A DNA stretch of 63,994 bases, filler included, from Guillardia theta CCMP2712 (lineage: Eukaryota > Protista > Cryptophyta), in assembly GCF_000315625.1 (NCBI RefSeq). It is 5 parts of 5 records of this genome, joined end to end, with 100 filler letters (N's around TTAATTAATTAA, not from the genome) between each part and the next. Parts side by side here need not be neighbours in the genome. Positions count along the whole stretch, not along the records: positions 1 to 25,889 come from NW_005434422.1; positions 25,990 to 33,871 come from NW_005434642.1; positions 33,972 to 45,661 come from NW_005434537.1; 2 more parts are not named here. One strand, given 5' to 3'. How positions within the stretch are numbered: position 1 is the first letter of the stretch; the number at the start of each line of letters is the position of its first letter. The notes beneath the pieces are model-generated. The model worked only from the letters and a program-made list of their open reading frames with translations, was not told the DNA's origin and searched no databases. Both the position numbers and the translations under genes were made by a program. This document shows positions 23,319-35,153 of the stretch, piece by piece.

Positions 23319-24643
23319 TCGTGGCCGGGAGCAAGGCAGGGGAGGGCCTCGTCTCCGCTGGCGCCGCGCTGGGGGGGCGGGAGTACTGCGACGCCGTGCT
23401 GGACTACTGGCCGTCGGACTGGATCCACCCCAGCGGGTACCACGTGAGCACGGGATGCACGCACGACGAGACGGCCTTCCGCGCCTTCGACACTTGGATG
23501 TCCGTCGACTACGAGCGCCTGCGCAACGACACCCTGCTGCGCAACTACTTCGGCGGCGCCGCTACCTGCTCGGGGGCGTCGTACGGCATGCCCATGTTCG
23601 GGACCAACAACGCGAGGCTGCAGGCCAGGTGGAGGGACGGGCAGACCTACGACCCCACCCAGCCGGTCGGGGCGACGGTGCCCCCGGGTGCCGGGACCTA
23701 CACCCAGACGCTGGCGGCGGGGAGCTGGACGCAGGTGCCGACGCGGGGCAGGCTGGGCGACACCCCCGCGCCCAGCTCCGGCCTCCTGTACCTGTGGGTG
23801 CCGGGGATGGCGTCGGCGGCGCTCGTCTGGCCCATGGCCGGCCAGGACCTCACCCTGTACGAGCTGCCCGAGGGCACGGCGCCGGCGTGGGGCCCGCAGT
23901 GCGGCCAGCTGCCCCTGAAGACCTGCCTGAACGACACCGACTGCGGCTCGGTCAACGGGGCGAAGCTGGTGTGCCTGCGCTCCTGGTCCGAGTCCCAGCA
24001 GGCGCCCCGGGACGGCGTCTGCGCGATCCAGGGGGTGGAGCCGCTGGAGTGCTACCAGAACTACCACTGCGAGGGCAAGGGGCAGGTCTGCGGGGCCAAC
24101 GGGAGGTGCGTGGACGGCCGGCTTCTGATGCGGAACAGGGTGGGCTACTCCGCCGAGTTCCACGCCCACTCGGAGCAGTGCCCTGTGGAGTCGCTGGGCT
24201 ACTCCCCCTGGCAGAACGTCTCCGACTTCCTCTCCCGGCACGGCATGTGCGGCTTCCGCGACTGGTTCGAGTACAGCGACATGCTGCGGAGGGGGGCCAA
24301 CACGTCGGCGTTCCCCGGCCAGCTGGTGGGGCTCGATCCCAGGGCTCTGTGGTACAGCACCAGCCCCTACGTGGCCGCGTCGGAGGTGAGGAAGAGCCTC
24401 TTCGACCGCGAGATCCTCAAGGTCCACCCCCACACCTGCGACCGGGACTACGCCTACCTCCTCCCCTCCTGCGCCACCAACCCTTCCAGCGTGCTCGGCA
24501 CCGCCGGCAGCCCGGTCCCCAGCCCCTCCCAGGGCGAGACGATGCGGACGTGGCGGAGATCGGCGTCCGGGTCGGGCTGGGAGCTGGACATGTGCATGCA
24601 GGACCACCTCCCCCGCGAGAGGACGGGCTTCCTGTACCCGTAC
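23319..24643 (+). pseudogene. Further fragment of the same or a similar giant Cys-rich protein, truncated by the satellite
   Basis: Same strand, codon bias and Cys style (CDAVLDYWPSDW, CLNDTDC, CYQNYHC). It reads directly into satellite at 24644. Confidence 0.75.
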
Positions 24644-25889
24644 CTTAGCCTCCTGGCGGGCCTCCAGGGGGTCTGAGGCGGGGCTGAAGGCTGCAGTCGG
24701 TCTACTGACCGGCCCGGCCGGCAGGATCCGTCGAGAAACAGGGGGGTCAAGGGAGGTTTTCTTCCCCCTGGGAGAAATGCCCTATGGGTTTTTGGATCTG
24801 CGATATAAAAAAGTCTTGTCTCGGTCACGTGATGTGTCACGTGACCGGTCAGGTGAGCCTGTCAGCCGGGTCACGGCCCCTGTCAGCCGGCTGACATGTC
24901 ACGGGCCTGCTGACACGGTCCGCTGACCGGTCACGGCCGCCCGGAGAGATCAGGCCCCAGGCCACCGGCCAATCTCCGGACACTTAGCCTCCTGGCGGGC
25001 CTCCAGGGGGGGCTGAAGGCTGCAGTCGGTCTACTGACCGGCCCGGCCGGCAGGATCCGTCGAGAAACAGGGGGGTCAAGGGAGGTTTTCTTCCCCCTGG
25101 GAGAAATGTCCTATGGGTTTTTGGATCTGCGATATAAAAAAGTCTTGTCTCGGTCACGTGATGTGTCACGTGACCGGTCAGGTGAGCCTGTCAGCCGGGT
25201 CACGGCCCCTGTCAGCCGGCTGACATGTCACGGGCCTGCTGACACGGTCCGCTGACCGGTCACGGCCGCCCGGAGAGATCAGGCCCCCGGCCAATCTCCG
25301 GACACTTAGCCTCCTGGCGGGCCTCCAGGGGGTCTGAGGCGGGGCTGAAGGCTGCAGTCGGTCTACTGACGGGCCCGGCCGGCAGGATCCGTCGAGAAAC
25401 AGGGGGGTCAAGGGAGGTTTTCTTCCCCCTGGGAGAAATGTCCTATGGGTTTTTGGATCTGCGATATAAAAAAGTCTTGTCTCGGTCACGTGATGTGTCA
25501 CGTGACCGGTCAGGTGAGCCTGTCAGCCGGGTCACGGCCCCTGTCAGCCGGCTGACATGTCACGGGCCTGCTGACACGGTCCGCTGACCGGTCACGGCCG
25601 CCCGGAGAGATCAGGCCCCCGGCCAATCTCCGGACACTTAGCCTCCTGGCGGGCCTCCAGGGGGTCTGAGGCGGGGCTGAAGGCTGCAGTCGCTCTACTG
25701 ACGGGCCCGGCCGGCAGGATCCGTCGAGAAACAGGGGGGTCAAGGGAGGTTTTCTTCCCCCCTGGGAGAAATGTCCTATGGGTTTTTGGATCTGCGAATA
25801 TAAAAAAAGTCTTGTCTCGGTCCACGTGATGTGTCCACGTGACCCGGTCAGGTGAGCCCTGTCAGCCGGGGTCACGGCCCCTGTCAGCC
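24644..25889 (-). repeat. 332-bp satellite array, inverted, ~4 monomers
   Basis: Reverse-complement monomers up to the contig end. Confidence 0.97.
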
Positions 25890-25989
25890 NNNNNNNNNNN
25901 NNNNNNNNNNNNNNNNNNNNNNNNNNNNNNNNNTTAATTAATTAANNNNNNNNNNNNNNNNNNNNNNNNNNNNNNNNNNNNNNNNNNNN
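25890..25989. other. Artificial contig linker (N44-TTAATTAATTAA-N44)
   Basis: The identical 100-bp construct also occurs at 33872-33971, 45662-45761 and 62644-62743. Confidence 0.97.
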
Positions 25990-26024
25990 ATCTTCCCTTA
26001 TCGGCCAAACAGTTTGCGGAAGAT

Positions 26025-28470
26025 CTACTTCAACATGGAAGCGAAGCTGGTGAAGAGACACGTGTAACGATGTAAGCGTCCCCTTCCCCGCCCTCCACCA
26101 CCTCCTCCTCCACTACCACCACCACTACCTCCTCCATCACCACCCTCCTCCTCCACTACTACCACCACCACCACCACCTCCTCCCCCCCCCCCTCCTCCT
26201 CCTCCTTCTCCACCATCACCACTACCTCCTCCACCTCCACCTCCACCTCCACCTCCACCTCCACCTCCACCTTCCCGTTCCCGTTCCCTTTCCCGCTCTT
26301 CCACTAACCGGCAAGTCTGCGATCCTCTGTTGAAAGCATACAGAGTCTATTGTCTCCGGGCCATCATTGAGCGCCAAGTGGACAGCACAACGCTGAAACA
26401 AAGAAGATGAGAAAAGAAGCGAGATCAAGGATGAAGAGAAACAAGAAAAACAGAAGGAAGAAGAACGTACGAAGAAGCAACAACAGGAATGAGAAGCAGA
26501 GCACGAACAAGAAAGAGAACATGACGGAGAGACAAGAAGGATGTGAGAGTGAAGTCAGATATCCCACTTGACATCTGCTGTGTCACAGGTTGTGATGGGG
26601 TGAGGTGAACGGGGGGCGAGTAGACGGGAGATCATGTCAGCCTTTACCTCAGAAGTCTCTCTGTTCGCACTGTAGCAAGCGACATCGGAGATAGTAGAGA
26701 ACTTGCTTTCTTTCTTGGGAGTGCGAGGCCTCAGTGGTGACGACGAGGATGACGACGACGATGTTGTGTTTGTCTTCCTCTCCTCCCTCCTCCTCGCTAT
26801 CCAGGGATGGAACATCTCTTGGATCTCTCTCTCCATCACTGCGAGCTTGCTGAAGACGTCGTCCTCCGACAGCTGCAGGCAGACTGGGGAACTTGCCGCC
26901 TCGTCCTCCTCCAGGAACAAGTCCCGCGGCATGCCAAGGTGATCGACAACGCCAGGGGGGATTCGCTTCCTGCCGATAGAGGAGGAGAAGTCAGGCAGAA
27001 GCTTTTTCACATGGACGGATGAGACGGGGATGATGAGAATACTTGGAACTGATCGCCTTCACTGCCTCATCTCAATGATCATCAACGCACTCTCTGTTGC
27101 CTCTTCCTCATCCTGGGTGTTTGTTTGTTTCTGTCTATCAGCCTCCCTCTCCCTCTCCCTCTCCCTCTCCCTCTCCCTCTCCCTCTCCCTCTCCCTCTCC
27201 CTCTCCCTCTCCCTCTCCCTCTCCCTCTCTCCCTCTCTTCCTCATTCTTCTTGTGCTCTTCATCTCACCTCTCAAGAGCCGTCAGTCTCAGACCCCGTCG
27301 CTGCAGCAGGCAGACAAGCCTGACGACCATGTCCTCAGGGACGCCAGGGCGGAGCATGAGAGCCGAAGATAGAAGAGGAGGAGGAGCATAAAGACACATC
27401 CCTTGTTCCTTCTTCTGCCCCTTCCCCATCTCCTCCTGCAGCTCCTTGGCCTGCCCAAACCACCATTCTGCTTCCCTTCTGTTCCTCTGAATGGAGTTGG
27501 ATACAGTGATCAAGTTTCTGCTCCGATCTTCACCCCACAGTGAGCGCAGCGACAGCCTGTCAGTTCGTCTCGCCACCATCGGATCCTCTGGGCCCACAGC
27601 CGTGGTCCAGCGCTCGACGGCCTTGTGACCTCTGGCAACGAAGACGAGGGCAGGGCAGCCAGGGGGAGTGACAGTGGAGGAGAAGGAGCGGAGCTTGTTG
27701 AGGTGGAAGGTGCGAGGATAGGCCATCCTGAAGCCGCAAAGGTCGAGACCTTCCGAGCTGAGCCGGAGGAGGAGGAGGCCCACGAAGTTGCGGCTGACAG
27801 CGTCCGGCTTGAGGACAGCAACAACATCCTCCTTGGTGGACGCGGCCTCGTTGGGTTGATCGGGCAGGGGTGACGGAGGGCGGAGGAACCACAGGAGGGG
27901 AGAGGAGGAGGAGGAGACCTGTTCATCCCCGGCCAGGACACTGGTCAACAGCGACAAGTCTGTATCCTCTTCCAAGGAGACGGAAAGAGAGCCAGCGGTG
28001 GGCTGAGCATGTCCGAGGGAGGAGACGAGGAGACCAAGTTCCGTCCTCCTCAACAGCTCCTTCACCTCCGAGACGAAGCTTCCTCTCCCCTCAGCTTTCT
28101 TCGGCCTCGCTAGCGCAATGATAAAGTGCGCTGCCTCTGTCGTCTGCGAGCTGATCTTGGGCAGCAGGGAAGGAGGGCAGAGGTCGGAAGATACACGTGC
28201 CCTCGAGACGCCCAGCACCTGGAACGGGAAGAGCATGCCATGGCTGGGAGGAGGAGACGTGTCCTCGTAGAGCTCAGGGTCCCGACAGCCGGACATGCTC
28301 AGGGCAAGGTGGAGGGCTCGAGGGTGGAGGATCCATTTGAGGAAGGAGGCGGTGACGACGTGATCGACGTCGGCGAGCACAAGGACGCAGAGGTCATGAT
28401 CGAGGGCTGCCAGAGCTCCCTTGAGTGTGGAGGGAGAGTTTGCTCCCTCCCCTAACACCCTGCGGGCGAA
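26025..28470 (-). CDS. Multi-exon region encoding degenerate nucleoside-diphosphate-kinase-like domain(s); boundaries approximate
   Basis: VVAVLKPDAVSRNFVGLLLLRLSSEGLDLCGFRM...AVERWTTAVGPEDPMVARRTDRLSLRSLWGEDRSRN follows the NDK consensus. The catalytic His position reads ITVSNS. Confidence 0.65.
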
Positions 28471-28781
28471 GTCAGAGGAAGGAGGACGGAGGTGCAGGTG
28501 GGGAGAGGAGTCAAGAGGGGGAAGAAGAGGATTTGAGAAAGAGGAGGTGGTGGTGGAGGAGTACGAGGACAAGGAGGACGAGGACGAGGAAGGGGGGAAA
28601 GGGGGGGGCTGGAGGAGGACGAGGAGGACGAGGAGGACGAGGAGGACGAGGAGGACGAGGAGGACGAGGTAGGAGAGAGGGACAGAAAGTGAAAGAAGAC
28701 ACAAACAACGTACAGACACTCATGTACAATGAAACACAGGAAGATATGTAAGAAGTTCGTGAGAAAAATTCAGATTTTACC

Positions 28782-31264
28782 TCAGCAGCTGGTCTGGTAG
28801 CGACGGGATCCACCCACTCCCCTCCTGCTCCTCTAAGTTCTTCCTCCTTGTTTCCTCAGCCACCTCGATCTCCTCTCCTGCCGTGGACGCAGGCGCGAGT
28901 CTCGATGCTGCCGCTGCTAGATGAGCTTCTGCGCTGCTTGTCCCTTGCTGCCCCTGCTCCAACTTGTCTTCTTCCTTCCTCTCAGAAACGTTCGTGATGG
29001 TGACGTCAGCAGGCTTGCTGCTGCCCTCCAACGTAGAGATCACCTCCTTGAGACGCTGCTCCCTCTCCTGCTTCTTCCGGTCCAGCTCCCTCTCCTGCGC
29101 GAGCCTGTGCTGCTCCTTGAGCTCGCTCAGCTTCCTCTCCTCCTCCCTCGCCTTCTTCTTCATCTCGAACGACCTGCGGTCCTCCTCGCTCCTGCTCTCC
29201 AGCCAGGCCTTCATCTCTCCCTTCTTTGCGCTCTCCTCCTCAACAGGGGTCTGACCTCGCTGCTTGATGCTCGCGCGTAGATGCATCCAGTCGTCCTCCT
29301 CCTCGTCCTCCTCCTCGGACTCATTCTGCATGGTGAACCTTGCCGCCCTTTTGCCCTTCGCTCCTCCCTCATCTTGTCCTCGGGCATTCGGTCGGGCAAC
29401 AGCATGCTTCACTGAGGGCGTCACTTCACACACATCTTCAGCCTGTCTTGCCACGTCTTGACTTGCGACCTCTCGCGTGCTCTCGCTTGTTCTCGTCGAT
29501 GCGTTCTGACGGAGCGATCGCAACTTGGATGCAACTGAGCCGCTCTCAATCGGTGCCACAGGCCTGGTCGATGGAGGAGCAACAGCTGGTTCAGACGCTT
29601 TCACATCATCTAGAAGCTTCTCGGATGCAACTTGAACCTCCTCTTGCCCGACATCTTCGACGTTCGTCTGATTGTCATGCTCTGTCCTCACCGCCTCATC
29701 GCTCTTCACCTCGTCATTGTTCGTCTCTTGTGAAACTCCCTCACCAGCGTTGCAACTCTGCATGACTGACTGCAACAAGTCGTCCACATCGATGCCGTTG
29801 AGGTTAGTGTCGAGAATAACTTCTCGATGCTGGGCCCTCAGTTGAGCCTCCTGCTGCCTCCGCAAGCTATCGATCTCCTGAAGGAACGACGCCTCGAACT
29901 CCTTCTCCTTCAGCTTGTACAACGCACTCTCCGTCTTCTCCCTGCTCTCCGAGATGTTCTGCTCTGCCTTGGCTTGGATCTCCTTGGCAGTCGCTATCAC
30001 ACTAGTCCTGCTCCTCCAAGAGTCCAGATCTTGCCCGCTCTCGAGGGCGATCCGCTGCTGCAACCTCCTCTCCTCCAGCTTCGCCAAGTTGTTCCTCGGA
30101 TCAGCTGCCAGCACCTCCTTCACGTGCTGCTGAGCCTCCTGGTACTTGTGCAGGAAGCGCAGGCCTATGGCGAGCTGCAAGCGGATCTCGACGCTGCAGA
30201 AGGAGGTCACAGGAGTGAAGAGGAGGAGCAGGCTGCCTACCTGGACGGGTCCATCCCGAGCGCTCGCTCCAGGTCCTCTACCCCCTCGCTGTACATCCTC
30301 TCTTCTAGGTGGCACTTGCCGCGGCCGAGGAGGAGAGACGTCAAGATCTGACCAGGAGGACAGTGGGGGATGGCGACGGAAAAGTGCTTGATGGCTTCGG
30401 CATGCTGACCTAGGTGAGAAAGCTTCTTGGCCGCCTCCATCTCCTGCTCCACGGACACAAACTGACTGCCTACCTCCTCCTTTACAGTCAAGGTCTGGTG
30501 CCCTCCACTTGCCTGCACCGCAGCTCGTTCAGCCTTTGGTGGAGAAGGAGGGGGGGAAGGAGTTGGCTCCTTCTTGTCTGGCGAGAACTGCCGTAAAGGA
30601 GAGGGCTGGTCGACACTGAGGGAGAGTAGAGGGCCTGACTTGATCTCTCCCACGTACTCTCCTGTCTTGGGATCGACCTGAAGGTTGCTGCCGTGGATCG
30701 TGAGGGACGGAAGGGAGAGGGAGGAGGTCAGTGCTCCTAACATCGGGCGGGAAGGAAAGGCCGGGAGCATTGAATGGAAGACAAGGGAGCGCAGAGCAGG
30801 AGAAGGATAGGAGGAGAATAGAGTGGGAGGGGGAGGCAAGGGCTGGCAGAACCTGAAGATGGGTTCTATCGGAGAGTCGTCATCGTCGTCGCTAGAGTCG
30901 TCGTCGTCACTCGCCAACTGCCACCAGCCTCAAAATTTCACAGCAGGAGGTTCAGAGTTACGCTCAGTGAAGGGAGTTTGCTCCGCACGTCATTGTAGAA
31001 CCTGTCGCAGCAGCCGTTTCAAACTTCGAGGAAACTTCGCAATCCCTTGCTCACCCTTCACATTGCGACTTGAGGTCATGAGTGAAGATAGTGAAGTCAC
31101 TCCGCTCCAGCTTCTCCTCTTTCACTTTCTCCTCGAACTCGTTCTGACTCCTCGAGTTTTGTCCCGAGGAAGAGACTCCCGGCGTCGACTCATCCTTCAC
31201 TTGACCGTTGTCCCCTCCTCCTTCACTCCTGAACTGCTCGCCATCCGATTCCTGGGAAGCAACT

Positions 31265-31317
<53 letters not shown>

Positions 31318-32287
31318 CTCTTCCCTGCTAGCAGAGCTCTTGGTTGGCTGCAAGTTAATTGCAGCGGCCTGATGCTCTGGTTCAACATGCCCAACACCCT
31401 CAGGCGCCGAAGTCTTTGGGGAGCCAGCAGCAGCTCGCGGTACCTGAGCAAATCGTTACGGGAGAAGCAAGCAATCTAGGGGAAGACCTCCTGTGTGGTC
31501 ACTAGACTGGCTGAAGAAACTTAGAGCAGTCGTCAGAAGAAGATGAAACTTCTCAGACAAGTTTCGAACCTGATGGGGAGCTCGATTGAGTCACCTGGGC
31601 TGGGGGGGACAAGGATTGTGAGTCCATCACAAGCCGTTTCTGCGCTCCCATCTGCTCGCTCCTTTGCTCCTCCCCGTATCTTCTCTCCTGGATCGAACGA
31701 GATCCTGTCTTGGCTGCTTCCTCTTCCTCCACATCCTCATCGTCATCCTCCATCGGCAGCCTCGCTCCTGCTTCAACGTCTTCCTGCTTGTCGGAGCTTC
31801 TCCCCTGCCCTCACCATCAGAGCACGAGTCGGCAACATGAAGCACCTTCCGACCGTCTTCAACACAACAAGCTTCCTTGCCATCAGCTTCCGTTGCTCAT
31901 ACTCGTCATAATCCAACAGTGTCCACCGCTTCCGACATGAATCGGCGTTAAAGACAGCGCTATCTACGTCCCTCCCATCCAGCCTTTGCGAGATCTTGCA
32001 GGGCAGCACGTCATGCACAATCCTTGCATTTGCATGACATGTCTTACCGAGCTAACATACACAGCCATCGCGTCGCACACTTTTGTGAAGTCGAACGCAT
32101 ACTTGCGAACAAACAGGGACAGGGCAAAGTCATACTCCTTGGACCACGGTACTCTAGCGTCCTGCCAATGGAGGTGGTCAAATGATGGAGGAGGATGTGG
32201 AGAGAGGGCAGGAAAGGAGGATGAGCAGGAGCAGGAGCAGGAGAAGCAGGAGCAGGAAGATGAGGAGGAAGAGGACGAGGAGGAGGT

Positions 32288-32328
<41 letters not shown>

Positions 32329-32407
32329 GAGGAGAAGGAGAAGGAGAAGGAGAAGGGGCAGGGGCAGGGGCAGGGGCAGGGGCAGGAGCAGGGGCAGGGG
32401 CAGGGGA

Positions 32408-32452
<45 letters not shown>

Positions 32453-32560
32453 GAGAGTGATCTCGCGTGCTGACGGCACGTCAGATCGACAAGGATACAA
32501 GAACTGCCCGACAAGATCAGAAGATCTCCAAGTCCGAGGAAGCCAGTGCGATCAAGGCAG
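28782..32560 (-). CDS. Multi-exon SANT-like + TPR + acidic/coiled-coil coding region, probably the 5' part of the NDK-like gene; boundaries approximate
   Basis: TPR-like helices AKKLSHLGQHAEAIKHFSVAI, LLLGRGKCHLEERMYSEGVEDLERALGMDP and LAIGLRFLHKYQEAQQHVKEVLAADPRN. Myb/SANT-like PWSKEYDFAL...CRKRW. Short GT-AG introns. Confidence 0.6.
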
Positions 32561-33971
32561 CTGAAAAGGGCGAGGTGAGATGAAAGAAGAGGGAGGAGGG
32601 AAGGGGAGCGGAAGGGGGGAGGGGGGGGAGGAAGGAGAGCAGTGGGAGGGAAGTAGAGGAGAGGAGAGGAGACGGAGGAGCGGTATTTATGAGGATTGCG
32701 GACCTGAAAGGGGGAGCAGGAGGGACGAGCCTTGAATCATCTTAAAGCGTCTCAACGATACGAGGACAAGGCGATCAGAGCTCAAGCACAGGCGAACATG
32801 GTGAGCTCGCTCGCAAGCCCTTGATCGACTCTGACTGGCAGCCTACGTGATGCAGTACGGGAAGGACGAGCTAAAGCGCTCCAAGGAGATGGAAGGGCAG
32901 CTGAACCAAGGTATGAGGAGCGACGAGGAGGGAGGAGGGAATGAGGGGCGGGAGGGGAGGGGGGAGTGAGGAGGAAATGAAGGAAGTGGAGCCGCTGAGG
33001 TGTGTGCAGGCATGAATCCGAACGGTGGAGTCGCAGAGAGAGAGAGAAGAGACATCAGGAAGGAAGAGAAATTCGTCGGAAAGTGTCTCGGTGGCCCATT
33101 CTCCTTGCTGAGCTCCTAGCGGACTGACCCTCACCCTTCTCTGCCCCTCTTCTCCTCCTCCTCCTTCCTCCCCTCCTCCTCTTGCTCCCCTCCTCCAGGG
33201 CGATGCATGCCTCGCTGCTCCTCCAAGTGCGGAGATGATGCTTCGTGCATGAAGTGAGCATGTTTGCAATCTTCGTTGTCGATCTGCAGGAGAGCGGCAA
33301 TGACTGGTTGATCAGGATGTGTGAAGACAAGTGCAGAGTCGCCTGCTCCAACTACGAGTCAGCAACGTCAGCCTCGGATGTGATCCGAGAGCAGGGGATG
33401 GCGAGCGAGACGAGGTTGAGGCAAGTGACTTGTGCTGTGTGATCGGATGGAGGAGGAAGTGAAAAGGAGGGCAGGAGGAGGAAGGTGCATCTGCCGTTCC
33501 ATGGCAAGAAGATGGATGAAGCATGCCGGAGCACATGCATGGACAAATGCTCGACAGGCTGTAGCTCCAAGTCAGCAAACCCGAAGAGGTAAGAGAGGAA
33601 GATGTTGTATCCTTCCTCTTCTCGTTCTTGTTCCTGGAGGGTGAAGTTGCTTCTCGCTTCCCTCCTTCTTGTCTGCTCCTCCCCTCGCTCGCTAGGAGCC
33701 GGTGACCTCTGTCATGTTGGTGGCCTGTGGATTTATCCGAAGGAGAGCTTCCCGCAATGTTGCCGCCTCCCGAGCTCGGACAGAGAATCTTTCTCCGAAA
33801 TCTGATCGCTTGGTAGAACCCTGTAGCTCCAAACGCGCCTACGCCCTGCTCAGGATGAAGGGGAACCGGACNNNNNNNNNNNNNNNNNNNNNNNNNNNNN
33901 NNNNNNNNNNNNNNNTTAATTAATTAANNNNNNNNNNNNNNNNNNNNNNNNNNNNNNNNNNNNNNNNNNNN

Positions 33972-35153
33972 AGATTGGCCGGAGGCTGATCTCTCCGGGC
34001 GGCCGTGACCGGTCAGCGGACGGTGTCAGCAGGCCCCTGACATGTCAGCTTGCCTGACAGGGTCCGTTATATTGGAGGTTCCAAAAACCCATAGGGCCAT
34101 TTTTCCCCGGGGAGAAGGAAAACCTCCCTTAGAACCCCCCTGTTTTTTCGAAGGGATCCTGCCGGCCCGGGCCCGGTCCAGTAGACCCGACTTGCAGCTT
34201 TTCAGCCCCCGCGACGGCAGCCTTCAGCCCCGCCTCAGACCCCCTGGAGGCCCGCCAGGAGGCTAAGTGTCCGGAGATTGGCCGGGGGCCTGATCTCTCC
34301 GGGCGGCCGTGACCGGTCAGCGGACCGTGTCAGCAGGCCCGTGACATGTCAGCCGGCTGACAGGGGCCGTGACCCGGCTGACAGGCTCACCTGACCGGTC
34401 ACGTGACACATCACGTGACCGAGACAAGACTTTTTTATATCGCAGATCCAAAAACCCATAGGACATTTCTCCCAGGGGGAAGAAAACCTCCCTTGACCCC
34501 CCTGTTTCTCGACGGATCCTGCCGGCCGGGCCCGTCAGTAGACCGACTGCAGCCTTCAGCCCCGCCTCAGACCCCCTGGAGGCCCGCCAGGAGGCTAAGT
34601 GTCCGGAGATTGGCCGGGGGCCTGATCTCTCCGGGCGGCCGTGACCGGTCAGCGGACCGTGTCAGCAGGCCCGTGACATGTCAGCCGGCTGACAGGGTCC
34701 GTGACCCGGCTGACAGGCTCACCTGACCGGTCACGTGACACATCACGTGACCGAGACAAGACTTTTTTATATCGCAGATCCAAAAACCCATAGGACATTT
34801 CTCCCAGGGGAAGAAAACCTCCCTTGACCCCCCTGTTTCTCGACGGATCCTGCCGGCCGGGCCCGTCAGTAGACCGACTGCAGCCTTCAGCCCCGCCTCA
34901 GACCCCCTGGAGGCCCGCCAGGAGGCTAAGTGTCCGGAGATTGGCCGGGGGCCTGATCTCTCCGGGCGGCCGTGACCGGTCAGCGGACCGTGTCAGCAGG
35001 CCCGTGACATGTCAGCCGGCTGACAGGGTCCGTGACCCGGCTGACAGGCTCACCTGACCGGTCACGTGACACATCACGTGACCGAGACAAGACTTTTTTA
35101 TATCGCAGATCCAAAAACCCATAGGACATTTCTCCCAGGGGAAGAAAACCTCC
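33972..35153 (+). repeat. 332-bp satellite array, ~3.5 monomers (first unit low quality)
   Basis: Same monomer as at 1-1029. Confidence 0.96.

Larger units (their letters stand above)
6725..24643. mobile_element. ~18-kb intronless mosaic island of foreign, virus-like fragments (candidate endogenous viral element or captured DNA)
   Basis: Long intron-free ORFs unlike the host genes, abrupt AT/GC switches, genes truncated at junctions, and inward-facing satellite arrays on both sides. Confidence 0.7.

Noticed and set aside
6725-24643. Intact Polinton/virophage or complete provirus
   Set aside because: The size is compatible, but no pPolB, packaging ATPase, capsid, protease or integrase is recognisable, and most genes are fragments.
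18541-24648. Long overlapping alternative-frame and antisense ORFs (763, 787, 490, 436 aa etc.)
   Set aside because: These are shadows of extreme third-position GC bias in the real frame, with R/G/A/P-rich nonsense composition.
25890-25989. TTAATTAATTAA as a biological motif, and adjacency of satellite to host genes
   Set aside because: It is an artificial all-frame-stop linker inside N runs, occurring four times. Neighbourhood across it cannot be trusted.
33972-34230. Highly variant satellite monomers at contig ends (also 25790-25889)
   Set aside because: The indel pattern is typical of low-quality read ends rather than true variants.
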